Assembly: GCA_963716145.1 (NCBI GenBank)
Contig: OY970292.1
Coordinates: 746,169-810,168 of the forward strand
Length of the DNA stretch: 64,000 nucleotides
Direction of reading: 5' to 3'
Source of the DNA: Candidatus Levyibacteriota bacterium
GTDB taxonomy: Bacteria; Patescibacteriota; Microgenomatia; Levybacterales; UBA12049
The notes below the pieces were generated by a model, which was not told the DNA's origin, did not search any database, and saw only the letters and a program-made list of their open reading frames with translations. This document shows, in pieces, positions 49,163 through 59,188 of this stretch. Position 1 is the stretch's first letter, and each line of letters opens with the position of its first letter. The position numbers and the translations under genes are program-made.

Positions 49163-49263
49163 AATTTTTAATTTTCAGTTCTCAATTTTCATTGAATTTT
49201 CAATGTTTAAAAATTGTTTCATTGTAATTTGATTGAAAATTGTAAATTTTAAATTGAAAATTT
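49163..49263. repeat. AT-rich heptamer inverted repeat between ruvA and ruvB
   Basis: aattttc-type units facing gaaaatt-type units. Confidence 0.8.
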
Positions 49264-49265
49264 GT

Positions 49266-49841
49266 TCACTTTCCCAAGTACTTCAGCGCCAATCTTATCT
49301 TCTCCTCAACTGTCTCGCCTTTTCCTTGCAAGGCACGGATTGCATCTTGTGACTCAGAAACGCTAAACCCAAATACTTTTAATGCAGCAATAACTTCATT
49401 ATTATCCTGCCCGTCAGCTGATAAATCCAAATCTTCCCCTCCGCCGATCTTATTTTTCAATTCAATTATGATCTTCTGAGCGTTTTTCTTGCCAAGTCTG
49501 GGAACTGAGGTGAAAAAGGTCACATCCGCCCCAATAATTGCCTGGATTATCTCAGATCTATTACCGACTGAAAAAATTCCCGATGCAGTTCTACAGCCGA
49601 CCCCATTTACGCTTATAAGGTATTCAAATAACTTCAGGTCTGAATGGTCTGAAAAACCATATAATTCAAGCAGGTCCTCACGGACATGAGTGTGGGTAAA
49701 AAGCTTTATTTCCTCACCAAGTCCTGTTATTTTGGCAAGAACTGTAACAGGCACCAAAACTTTGTATCCAACGCCATTCACATCAACAATCAAGTATGGA
49801 TCTTCCCGATATTCAATAGTCCCTTTGAGCGTGCCTATCAT
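49266..49841 (-). CDS. ruvA: Holliday junction protein RuvA
   Basis: VNGVGY, HVREDLLELYGF, VPRLGKKNAQKIIIELK. Confidence 0.97.
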   Translation of the reverse strand: MIGTLKGTIEYREDPYLIVDVNGVGYKVLVPVTVLAKITGLGEEIKLFTHTHVREDLLELYGFSDHSDLKLFEYLISVNGVGCRTASGIFSVGNRSEIIQAIIGADVTFFTSVPRLGKKNAQKIIIELKNKIGGGEDLDLSADGQDNNEVIAALKVFGFSVSESQDAIRALQGKGETVEEKIRLALKYLGK

Positions 49842-49851
49842 ACTGCTTATA

Positions 49852-50436
49852 TTACCACAAAAACGGAATAAACATCTTTGTCCGTTTCATATATTTTTTA
49901 TAGGAGTCTCCAAAATGATCCATAAGGAGTTTTTCTTCAAGAATCGCCTGATAATATGCACCTAGAGCAAGAAAAAAAACTAAACCAATCAGGTAACTTT
50001 TCGCAACTAGCTCACCACCGACAAAAGCTATTATCAATCCTGTGTAAATAGGATGCCGGATATACCTATAAACTCCCGACGTAACCAATTCCTGCTTTTG
50101 TTTTACCTGATACTCAAAAGCATGAGCCCAATTTGAACCTAAGGTTTTCCGCGCTGAAATTGCGATCCCAGCGCCAATAGCTACTAATGCCAAACCAATA
50201 ATCTGCACCGTAATTGAAGCATTTTGCATTCTTAACAGAGGTAGGCCCAGTAACTGAAGAATCAGCGTTGCCTCTGCAAAACGCAGGAGAATTTTTCTGA
50301 TATTAGCTTCGTGGAAAAAGGTTAGGTTTCTTATTTTTGGTTTTTCCCGATCTGCGCGTCTTTCGGTTATTAGCCAATATGTCGACCACAAAAGGAAAAC
50401 TGCCAAAGTTATAGCCCTTAAAACCAAATCAGTCAT
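49852..50436 (-). CDS. ICMT/PEMT family membrane methyltransferase
   Basis: LVTSGVYRYIRHPIY, EEKLL..FGDSYKKY. Confidence 0.9.
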   Translation of the reverse strand: MTDLVLRAITLAVFLLWSTYWLITERRADREKPKIRNLTFFHEANIRKILLRFAEATLILQLLGLPLLRMQNASITVQIIGLALVAIGAGIAISARKTLGSNWAHAFEYQVKQKQELVTSGVYRYIRHPIYTGLIIAFVGGELVAKSYLIGLVFFLALGAYYQAILEEKLLMDHFGDSYKKYMKRTKMFIPFLW

Positions 50437-50450
50437 TTTACATTTTTATT

Positions 50451-50756
50451 TTATGAAAAAACATGAGACAGGAATGATGCTAATACTATCAATTGCCAAG
50501 AAGCAATAAATGCACATAAACCAAATATCAATAGCAGTAAACCAAAGATTATTTTCTCCCAGCCGCGGAGGCGAAATGAGACAGGATCATAGGCTCCAGG
50601 TATGAATGCTTTAATGAAAGGATGTAACAGCCAATACTTTGTGTTGCGTGAGGTAATCGTAACCTCTTTTTTTAAAAATATACGAACCCCTGTAAAAACC
50701 AATGCTATTCCCCCAAGAACAAAAATGATTATCGGAATAATTAACAAGGTAACCAT
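50451..50756 (-). CDS. Small 2-TM hypothetical protein
   Basis: Hydrophobic ORF co-oriented within the ruv cluster. Confidence 0.55.
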   Translation of the reverse strand: MVTLLIIPIIIFVLGGIALVFTGVRIFLKKEVTITSRNTKYWLLHPFIKAFIPGAYDPVSFRLRGWEKIIFGLLLLIFGLCAFIASWQLIVLASFLSHVFS

Positions 50757-50795
50757 CTAACATATTTACTATACCAGATTAAATATCTAAAAATA

Positions 50796-51287
50796 TCATG
50801 AAAATGGAGCGCTTTTTAGTTTATATGAAAATGCGTGGGTTATCGCGATTGCCAGGGCGTCTGTGGTGTCATCGAGTTTAGGGATACTATCCAATTTGAG
50901 AAGTGTTTTTACCATCTGGGCAACTTGTCTCTTTTCAGCTCTACCATATCCTGTAACTGCAATTTTCACCTGAAGCGGAGTATAAACGGCAAGAGGAAGC
51001 TTTTTCTTGGCAACTGCAAGCATGATAACTCCCCTTGCCTGGCCTACTACGAAGGCTGTTTTGGAATTGGTGTTAAAAAATAAATCTTCAATCCCGACCG
51101 CATCAGGTTGATATTCCTCAATCAATTTAACTATCTCTTCATAGAGCTGATTGAGTCTCTCTCCCATTTCTGTTTTGGCATCAGTCTCTATACACCCGTA
51201 ACTTTGAACTTTGAACTTTGAACTTTGAACTTCCACGACTCCCCACCCTGTTCTTCCAATTCCAGGATCAATTCCCAATATACGCAT
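50796..51287 (-). CDS. ruvC: Holliday junction resolvase RuvC
   Basis: ILGIDPG, IEDLFF, QARGV, DDTTDALAIA. Confidence 0.97.
   Translation of the reverse strand: MRILGIDPGIGRTGWGVVEVQSSKFKVQSYGCIETDAKTEMGERLNQLYEEIVKLIEEYQPDAVGIEDLFFNTNSKTAFVVGQARGVIMLAVAKKKLPLAVYTPLQVKIAVTGYGRAEKRQVAQMVKTLLKLDSIPKLDDTTDALAIAITHAFSYKLKSAPFS
51200..51232. repeat. Tandem heptamer (aactttg)x4.7 inside ruvC
   Basis: Perfect tandem repeat encoding part of EVQSSKFKVQSY. Confidence 0.9.
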
Positions 51288-51375
51288 GGATTTATTATAA
51301 CACCACTTTTAAAAACTTGAGGCAAACAAACCTTAATTAATACTGATATAATATATTTAGAATAAACCTAAACTT

Positions 51376-52047
51376 ATGGCGGTTAACAGAAAGATTATTG
51401 CAACACCTTTTCTTTTGATAAGAGGCGTGTTTAGAAAAACAAGATGGGATAATTTCATGGGAGGATTAATCTTTGGTGCAATCTTTAGCTTAGCCGTAAA
51501 CATAATAACAGTGCAGGTTCAAGAATCCATAAATCAACAACTATACTTAGAAGCGCTTGAAAATGAAATAGGGATTCACCTTCTACACTCAGTACAAAAT
51601 ACTGATAAAAATAAGAGAATAATTGATAACTCAACGCCTCCAAACTTCTACGAACAACCCTTCATTTACCAGACTAGGGTTTGGAACAATAGCGATGGTC
51701 TTAGATATCTAGTCAAACTCAACCCAGAAGTACAGCTAGCAATATCCGCATATTATGAATATATTGTGCAGCCCGCAAACGGCATTTCGATAAGAAATTA
51801 TGAGTTAATGGATGAGAAATCGAAGAATTGTTATTGGGATTTTGAAATACTTGCAAATAACGTGAAAGATCAATGTGTCGCAGATTATCGCTCATATTTA
51901 AACGTAGTAAATCTAGGCAACTTACAAATTGGTGAACAAAGTGGGGATCTCTTAAAAATTTTCCACCCAACGCAGGACAGATTAAATGATCCAATAATGA
52001 GACTGCTTATAGGTAATAAATCAGTAAAATTTCTTCAACATCAATAA
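51376..52047 (+). CDS. Hypothetical protein with one TM
   Basis: 223-aa AT-rich ORF. Confidence 0.6.
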   Translation: MAVNRKIIATPFLLIRGVFRKTRWDNFMGGLIFGAIFSLAVNIITVQVQESINQQLYLEALENEIGIHLLHSVQNTDKNKRIIDNSTPPNFYEQPFIYQTRVWNNSDGLRYLVKLNPEVQLAISAYYEYIVQPANGISIRNYELMDEKSKNCYWDFEILANNVKDQCVADYRSYLNVVNLGNLQIGEQSGDLLKIFHPTQDRLNDPIMRLLIGNKSVKFLQHQ

Positions 52048-52085
52048 TTTTGCCTGAAATATCTATTTTGCCTCAAACATTCTAT

Positions 52086-52481
52086 ATGCGCCTACTGTAT
52101 GCTTATATTATGGAGTATAAAGCCAGCAAGGTATGGGAAGCCAAAATGAAACAAGTTAAAACTCACATAAATTTTAGGAGGCATCTTCTCAATCTCATAG
52201 ATAAAATCTCAACATGCGAAGATGCAGCCGAAGGCATGAGGGAGATTGGATATTTTCGTCAAGATGTATCCTTTTTTCAAACACTTCATCATGCAGAATT
52301 GTTTATTTATACCTACGAATTTTTGTCTGTTATGCAAGATTGGTTATTGGTGAGACCTACTTATTGGAACGTGTCCTCAGAAAAGATAGTAATACCTGAG
52401 TTGAAAAAAATTGAGAAAAAGAACAGACACCTATATGCAAATATTGATACAGAAATTAATAAATGCTTATCCCTTGGATAA
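52086..52481 (+). CDS. Hypothetical protein (start uncertain)
   Basis: AT-rich ORF; no motif recognised. Confidence 0.5.
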   Translation: MRLLYAYIMEYKASKVWEAKMKQVKTHINFRRHLLNLIDKISTCEDAAEGMREIGYFRQDVSFFQTLHHAELFIYTYEFLSVMQDWLLVRPTYWNVSSEKIVIPELKKIEKKNRHLYANIDTEINKCLSLG

Positions 52482-52535
52482 AGCGCAAAATACTACATTT
52501 GTATTTAAAGGATAAATATTGTAGAATACATAGAT

Positions 52536-53255
52536 ATGAAAAGGCCAGTTCTGAAAGCTGAAGCGCGAAAAATCCTGGGTAAAAAGATAAAAACACTTAG
52601 ACGTCAAGGGATTCTCCCTGGAAATGTCTATGGAAAAGGTCTTTCATCAGTTGCCCTTCAGGTACAATTAGCTGATTTTGAAAAAGTCCACAAGGAAGTT
52701 GGAGACACAGGGCTTATTGAGCTTGAGCTTAACGGCAAAACTCATCCTGTACTAGTAAAAAATCTCCAGATGAACTACAAATCCTCAACCCCGCTTCACG
52801 CAGACTTTTACCAGGTAAATATGAAAGAAAAAGTCAAAGCTATGGTTCCACTCATAATAGTTGGCGAAGCAAAAGCTGTGGCTGACAAGCTTGGGCTTCT
52901 TCTTCAAACAATCTCAGAGGTTGAGATTGAGGCGCTTCCGGATCACTTGGCAGAAAATATTGAGGTAAACGTTGAACATTTGGCTGCAATTGATGATCAT
53001 ATTCTGGTTGAAGCTCTTAAAGCTCCAGAAGGCGTTGCCATTCTTACTGATCATACGCAAACTGTTGTTAAGATCGCAGAACTCGTCGCACCTGAGCCTG
53101 AGCCAGAACCTGAAGCACCTGCTGAGGGAGAAGAAGGCGCACCAGTTGAAGGCGCTGAGGGAGAAGCTCCAAAAGAAGGCGATGCTTCGGCAGGCTCAGC
53201 ACAAGGAGCACCAGCTGAGGGAGAAGCCAAACCTGAAGAAGGCAAAAAGGAATAA
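52536..53255 (+). CDS. rplY: 50S ribosomal protein L25 (Ctc type)
   Basis: LRRQGILPGNVYG, HADFYQV, EALP; acidic tail. Confidence 0.96.
   Translation: MKRPVLKAEARKILGKKIKTLRRQGILPGNVYGKGLSSVALQVQLADFEKVHKEVGDTGLIELELNGKTHPVLVKNLQMNYKSSTPLHADFYQVNMKEKVKAMVPLIIVGEAKAVADKLGLLLQTISEVEIEALPDHLAENIEVNVEHLAAIDDHILVEALKAPEGVAILTDHTQTVVKIAELVAPEPEPEPEAPAEGEEGAPVEGAEGEAPKEGDASAGSAQGAPAEGEAKPEEGKKE
53183..53201 (+). repeat. TGCTTCGGCAGGCTCAGCA hairpin inside the rplY tail
   Basis: Dispersed family member with a compensatory outer pair; encodes ASAGSA. Confidence 0.65.
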
Positions 53256-53663
53256 TTACAGCCCCACTTTTGCCCCTAGAACTCGTCCGTCTTTGAAATT
53301 AGGATCAATTTCCAAGGCTTTTTTAATATAAATTTTTGACTCCTCCATGTCCCCCAATTTATAATTCAGTGCGGCAATTTTGAAGTAGACATCGCGATAG
53401 TTTTTATACTCTCCAAGCTTCCCCTTCCATTGGTTTAATTCCTGCACTGTTTTTTCACGCTCCTGCCTAAGCAGCTTCTCTTTCTGAAGATTTTGATACA
53501 GGGCTATGCTCTGGAAAACTATGGCTACTAAAACAACTGCTGAGGCTAGACTGCACAAGATTAATTTCCATGATTCGGTAATAAATCGGTATATCTTCGG
53601 GAAAAGAGAAGCTTTCTGTTCTTGGGATGGAGATTGTTTTTTGATTATGCGCTTTGCGGCCAT
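53256..53663 (-). CDS. Single-TM protein with a C-terminal TPR
   Basis: YFKIAALNYKLGDMEESKIYIKKALEIDPN. Confidence 0.8.
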   Translation of the reverse strand: MAAKRIIKKQSPSQEQKASLFPKIYRFITESWKLILCSLASAVVLVAIVFQSIALYQNLQKEKLLRQEREKTVQELNQWKGKLGEYKNYRDVYFKIAALNYKLGDMEESKIYIKKALEIDPNFKDGRVLGAKVGL

Positions 53664-55887
53664 GCTTCTATCATAATGGATTTTCCATGATTTGGCATCT
53701 TTTGATAAATTTCCTCTGTCACAAAAGGCATGAATGGGTGAAGAAGCTTGAGGGATGTTACATAAACCTGAAGCAGAACAGACAAGGCAATATCCTTATC
53801 CTCCCTGTTTTTTACACTCTCAATATACTTATCAGCAACTGTGTGCCACATGAATTGATAAATTACCTCAGCTGCGTCTGCAAAGCGGAATTTTTCAAGC
53901 TCCCTATCAACTGTCTTAATCAGAGACTCTAATTGTTTGATAATCTCTTTATCCTCACTTGTCATTTTCTTTTTATCCAACTTTTCAAACTCAGGAACGT
54001 CCTTTCCCCATTCATCACGCATCAGCAGAATAAATCTTCCCATGTTCCAAATTTTATTCGCAAAATGCTTATAAGCAATTACCCGGTCTTTGGGGAAAGA
54101 AAAATCCTTTCCGTTTGAGGTGCCCGCAATAAGCCCCATCCGCAGAGCGTCTACACCGTACTGATCAAGATATTCTTCCGGATTTATTACATTTCCCAGA
54201 CTTTTACTCATTTTCCGCCCGTCCAAAGCCCTGACCATGCCATGCAAATAGACATCTTCAAATGGTACCTCTCCGGTCAAGTAAATCCCAAACATTATCA
54301 TTCTGGATACCCAAAGTTTTATAATCTCCCATCCTGTTTCCATAACGCTTGTAGGATAAAAATATTTAAAATCCTCTGAATCTGGGTATCCAAGTGTCAC
54401 AAGCGGCCATTGGCCACTGGAAAACCAAGTGTCAAACGTGTCTGTTTCCACAAGATATTTTTTCCCTTTTTGCTTATCCTCTTCAAAAAGCCATTCGGCA
54501 TCAGAATCAGCAATTACGCGCTGCAGTCCAGCTGTAATCTCTTCAAAAGTAACTCCTTTATCCAAAAACTGCTGCAAATTGCCATGATGATACTCGGCCT
54601 TTTTATCAAGAAACCAAACGGTAAATTGCTTTGGATTTGCTACTTCATACCAGACCGGAATTTGAATCCCCCAAACATTTTGCCTGGAAATTGGCCAATC
54701 CCGCATCTCCTCCATCCAGCGGACATAAGTGATCTCCTGCCACTTTGGAAAGATTTTAACTTTGCCTTTTTTCACTGCCTCCAGAGCCGGTTTTTTAAAG
54801 GATTTGTGCGAAGCATCCACTTTTACAAACCAATTGGGCAGAACCATTGGCTCTATGTCATGCCCTGCCTTACAAACCGTGACCGTATGTAAATACGCTT
54901 TATCAATTTTTTCGAGTAAACCCCGTTCCTCCAAATCCTCAGCTACTTTTTTGCGGGCAATTGCAACACTTAACCCTGCATAATTGCCTGCTTTTTCATT
55001 CAGTTTTCCGTCCAATCCTATTACCGGACGGACTTCAAGATTATGCCTCAAACCCGCTTCGTAATCATTTTTGTCATGCGCCGGCGTAACCTTAACAACT
55101 CCTGTTCCAAATTTTGGATCAACAAAATCATCAGCAATAACTTTCAGTCTAAATTTACCATTTAAGCCTTCCACTTCTATATCTTTTCCAATCCATTCTT
55201 TATATCTTTTGTCTTTTGGATTTACGGCAACTGCTGTGTCACCAAATTTTGTCTCAGGACGTACTGTAGCCAAAACAAAAGGTCCATAGTTAAGATAATA
55301 AAGCGGGTCTGTTCTTTCAACATGTTTTAACTCAACATCAGAGTAAGTAGTTCCGCATTTAGTACAGTAATTAACCATGTAATTACCTCTGTAAAGTAAT
55401 TTATCTTTACTCAGTTTTTTAAAAGTCCCATGAACTGTTTTAATAACTTCAGGATCCAGCGTAAACCGGTAGCGGCTCCAATCCACACTTGCCCCCATCC
55501 GGCGGATCTGATCCTCAATATTATGCTTGTTTTCCATAACAAATTTCCAAATTTCCTGATATAATTCCTCCCTACTGTAATTAAATCTGGATTTGCCTTG
55601 TTTTTTTAGCTCTTTTTCAAATGTAATTTGCGTTTCGGTTCCCGCGTGGTCAGTTCCCGGTACCCAAAGAGTGGGTTCCCTTTCATCCTGTGCCAGCGTA
55701 TAAGAAGATCCTCAATCGCGATCATCAAAACATTTCCCGTATGCATTTTTCCTGAGGCGTTTGGAGGAGGAAGAACTATTGTAAAAGGTTTTTTCTTTGG
55801 GTCTATTTTGGGCTTAAAATATTCGCCTTTTTCCCAAAACTTATAAAGCTCTCCCTCAGCTTTTTTATGATCGTATGCTTTGTCCAC
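53645..55887 (-). CDS. valS: Valine-tRNA ligase, split by a 1-nt deletion at ~55678-55680; GTG start
   Basis: PPPNASGKMHTGN, then PGTDHAG after the frameshift, DWPISRQ, DTWFSS, KMSKS. Confidence 0.95.
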
Positions 55888-55975
55888 TGAGCACAATTCT
55901 AACACAGCAGGCTTGTGCTATCAATCGCTTTTATCCCTCTTCATTTTTGAGAAGGTTGCGAGTATAATGCAAATC

Positions 55976-57277
55976 ATGAAATATAAAAAGAAAAAGCTTG
56001 TTGCGGTAAGCCGAAAGGTCAATCAAAATAAGCGTCTTACACCATCAGAGATTAATTATCTGCTTTCTTTTGAAAAGAAAGAAAAAGACAGAACGCCTCT
56101 TAGGTTGTTAAAAGCTCTCGCTCTTCCGCTTTCTCTGTTTGTCAATTTTTTATTCGCCGTTTACCCTGATTACTTTTCAAACTTTACCTCACATTTACCA
56201 AGTTGGACCAATCTACAACCACGATTTCTGGCTGGAGCTGATTATCTCTGGGACTTTATAGGTGAGCCTGTCAAAAAAGCAAATATCGTTTATCATCTTC
56301 CCAATATTGTCCTGTACTCTTTTGGGGTTGTGGGTATTAAAAAATTGCTGGACGCGGTAAATCACAGAAGCTGGCTTGAAAATGTGTTGTCTGCTCAGAA
56401 AATACTTCAAGAAAATGTTGAAAAAGGCAGTTTATGGCTTCAAATGAAACAAGGACAATCGCTGCTTTTTGTAGGCAAGGGGGATTTTATCGGAGCACAA
56501 TTTGCCTTAAATCATAAACCTGACCAAACAGTTACTATTTCAGAAAACAAACCATTCTTTACCTCAATTTGGAATCACTATGATATTGACACTTTATATA
56601 AGGATTTGGAGCAAGTAATTATTCAGTCAAGCGGCGAAAATATAGGAGAATATGTCTTTTTTCCGGTAAAAGATGACCAGATATTTTTGCCCGGACCAAA
56701 AGACTATGATCTTTCTCCGCACAAATTGGATATATTGGTTCAGGATATACGGACTATTGAGAAAGAGCAAAAATGGAAAGACAGACGGATCATAGTAATT
56801 GGCGATAAATCCCACAAAAGCTTTGTCCAATCAGAAGATCAAAATGGTGTTATCAAAAAAAGCGGAGACACTATCTCACTTTTAACAATCAGTGCCAAAT
56901 ATAAAAATGTGAACCTGATTGACCCCACTGATGTAGTTCTTAGAGAGATTATCAGAATTGCTCATGGACGAAAAATTGTTTTCAGGGCAACTAAAGAAGG
57001 ACTTGCTGAGTACAAAAAAAGGTTTTACGATAGGCTAAAAGAACTGGGATATAAACAACTAAAAAAGCGGAAAGGGGTTCTGACGATTGGCTACGACCTG
57101 TTTGAGGATATGACAGAACAGCAAACACTCTCAAGAAAAATTGATGACTATTATCCGGTGGTGTTATCCAAAAACGTACATGACGCCTTGATCCGCAATG
57201 GTTACAAAAAAGAAAACTTTCTCTATGTCCCGGATCTTGTTTTAAAGACTCTAACTCATGCAGCAAGCCAACAATAG
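55976..57277 (+). CDS. Hypothetical protein, two N-terminal TMs plus a cytoplasmic domain
   Basis: Long ORF; TATAAT at 55963 lies 7 nt before ATG 55976. Confidence 0.7.
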   Translation: MKYKKKKLVAVSRKVNQNKRLTPSEINYLLSFEKKEKDRTPLRLLKALALPLSLFVNFLFAVYPDYFSNFTSHLPSWTNLQPRFLAGADYLWDFIGEPVKKANIVYHLPNIVLYSFGVVGIKKLLDAVNHRSWLENVLSAQKILQENVEKGSLWLQMKQGQSLLFVGKGDFIGAQFALNHKPDQTVTISENKPFFTSIWNHYDIDTLYKDLEQVIIQSSGENIGEYVFFPVKDDQIFLPGPKDYDLSPHKLDILVQDIRTIEKEQKWKDRRIIVIGDKSHKSFVQSEDQNGVIKKSGDTISLLTISAKYKNVNLIDPTDVVLREIIRIAHGRKIVFRATKEGLAEYKKRFYDRLKELGYKQLKKRKGVLTIGYDLFEDMTEQQTLSRKIDDYYPVVLSKNVHDALIRNGYKKENFLYVPDLVLKTLTHAASQQ

Positions 57278-57316
57278 CTCGTCCCGTTAGATTACATATA
57301 TAATTGTCTAACCGGG

Positions 57317-57859
57317 ATGGAAATTACTAAGACATTTTACGCGAAAAACCGCTTACAATGGAGAACGTGGCTCGAGAAAAACCACGACAAAAAGAATGAT
57401 GTTTGGCTGATTTATTACAGAAAAGCCTCGGGAAAACCCAGAATCTCCTACAACGATGCTGTTGAAGAAGCGCTTTGTTTTGGCTGGATCGACAGCCAGG
57501 CCAAAGGAATTGATGAAGAAAGATTTGCCCAGAGATTTTCTCCAAGAAGAGCTAAAAGCAACTGGTCAACTCTCAATCTTGAACGGATGAAGCAATTAGT
57601 TAAACAGGGCCTCATGACACCAGCAGGACTTACCTATTATCCGGTAGAAACTAAATTTAAAATCCCGGCAGATATCCTGAAAGAACTTAAAAAAGACAAA
57701 GAAACTTGGGATAATTTCCGAAAATTTGATGAGTCATATCAAGCAATACGAATCGGCTTTATCGACGGAGCTCGTAACAGACCTGAAGAATTTCAAAAGA
57801 GATTAAAATACTTTCTGAAGATAACAAAATTGGATAAAAAATTCGGAATGGTTGCTTAA
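57317..57859 (+). CDS. YdeI/OmpD-associated family protein
   Basis: WRTWLEKNH, AVEEALCFGWIDS, FSPRRAKSNWS. Confidence 0.92.
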   Translation: MEITKTFYAKNRLQWRTWLEKNHDKKNDVWLIYYRKASGKPRISYNDAVEEALCFGWIDSQAKGIDEERFAQRFSPRRAKSNWSTLNLERMKQLVKQGLMTPAGLTYYPVETKFKIPADILKELKKDKETWDNFRKFDESYQAIRIGFIDGARNRPEEFQKRLKYFLKITKLDKKFGMVA

Positions 57860-58440
57860 ATTTTTATCTTTTTCCCAATTTTGAACCTAACAAGGACTGT
57901 AAGGAGAAGACAGGCCAGAAAAACATATATAGAAAACGCAATATTTGCAAAATCCCACACCTCAATTGTCAAGATTCCCATACCTATTCCAATAGTATTT
58001 AGGAAATAAACCAAATATGATTCGGTCTCCGGATGAGAAAAAGCTTTTCTGTATGTTGGGATACCAACAAAAATATTGGCAATAATACTGAAAAGTATTG
58101 CTACGTTCCCATTTTTTGAAAAATACCACAAGACAAGCCCTATTACCGAACAAGCTCCGCATGCTAAGTCAAATTTGGTTAATTTCCACTCTGCTTTTTT
58201 ATTAAAATAAGTTGCAAAAAAAACAAAAAATGGAATTATGCCGGTTGCGAGAGTAAGTAGAGAGATTGAGCCAACTCCTTTGCTAATTTGCGCCACATAA
58301 ATAATAATCGGCATAATTCCCCACAATAACCATGTGACTCTATTTGGTTTTACCTTTCCTTTAATAGTGTCTATGAGGTAGCTGAAATCTCCAATAAAAA
58401 TTGTGAGTATTCCGAGCGTTAGAAGTACAATATTGAGCAT
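57856..58440 (-). CDS. Polytopic membrane protein (paralog of 6366-6941)
   Basis: KGKVKPNRVTWLLW, PTYRKAFSHPETES. Confidence 0.72.
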   Translation of the reverse strand: MLNIVLLTLGILTIFIGDFSYLIDTIKGKVKPNRVTWLLWGIMPIIIYVAQISKGVGSISLLTLATGIIPFFVFFATYFNKKAEWKLTKFDLACGACSVIGLVLWYFSKNGNVAILFSIIANIFVGIPTYRKAFSHPETESYLVYFLNTIGIGMGILTIEVWDFANIAFSIYVFLACLLLTVLVRFKIGKKIKI

Positions 58441-58460
58441 TATCAAAGTATAACACGCTA

Positions 58461-59177
58461 TTAAACTTTCTTCATATAAAACTCCCGCTGGGGTTTGGGG
58501 AATTTTTCAATCGCGTATCTCAACATTGTGCGCGGCATTTTTTGGTAGTGTTTATCCAAAAACCTTAACTCTGATTGTAAATCCCTATTCCCCACTTCCC
58601 TAAGCATCCAACCAGCTGCCTTATGAATCAAATCGTGTTGATCATTCAAAAGAATTTCCGCAATTTTAAGCGTATCATCATATTGATTTCTTCTGATAAA
58701 TCCCTGTGTGGCAATGATCGCAATTCTTTTCTCCCAAATATTTTCTGATCTTGCTAGTTTGTAAAGAATGCTTTTATCACGATCACCCAAATACTCGCCC
58801 AAAATATATCCCGCACTGGAATCAACAAGATCCCAATTGTTAACCCGCTTTGTATTCTTCAAATAAAAATCAACTATTTCTTTCTTTTCTTTTTCAGATG
58901 CTTTTTTATATTTGATAACCAATATAAAAAGCGCGACAAGACGGAATTCATGGATTTTATTTTTGAGAAGCGTCTGAACATCGCTCAGTGACAAATCCGT
59001 ATATTTCCGGGCAATTATCCGCTGCTTAGGAACGTTAATCCCCAAAAACTCATCCCCTTCTCCGTACTGCCCTTTTCCTGTTTTGAAAAATCCCAGCAAA
59101 AACTCCGCCCTCAGCGGATCACCAAAACCGAGAAGTTCTTTTATGATGTTTGCAAGAAGTGGAGCATCCTTCTTCAT
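58461..59177 (-). CDS. AlkD-like DNA alkylation repair protein
   Basis: FFKTGKGQYGEGD, NNWDLVDSSA, DLIHKAAGWMLRE, MPRTMLRYAIE. Confidence 0.93.
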   Translation of the reverse strand: MKKDAPLLANIIKELLGFGDPLRAEFLLGFFKTGKGQYGEGDEFLGINVPKQRIIARKYTDLSLSDVQTLLKNKIHEFRLVALFILVIKYKKASEKEKKEIVDFYLKNTKRVNNWDLVDSSAGYILGEYLGDRDKSILYKLARSENIWEKRIAIIATQGFIRRNQYDDTLKIAEILLNDQHDLIHKAAGWMLREVGNRDLQSELRFLDKHYQKMPRTMLRYAIEKFPKPQREFYMKKV

Positions 59178-59188
59178 TAGCGGAAATC

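Noticed and set aside
55600-55700. Programmed frameshift or true pseudogene in valS
   Set aside because: The gene is essential and otherwise intact, and similar indels occur elsewhere; a sequencing error is more likely.
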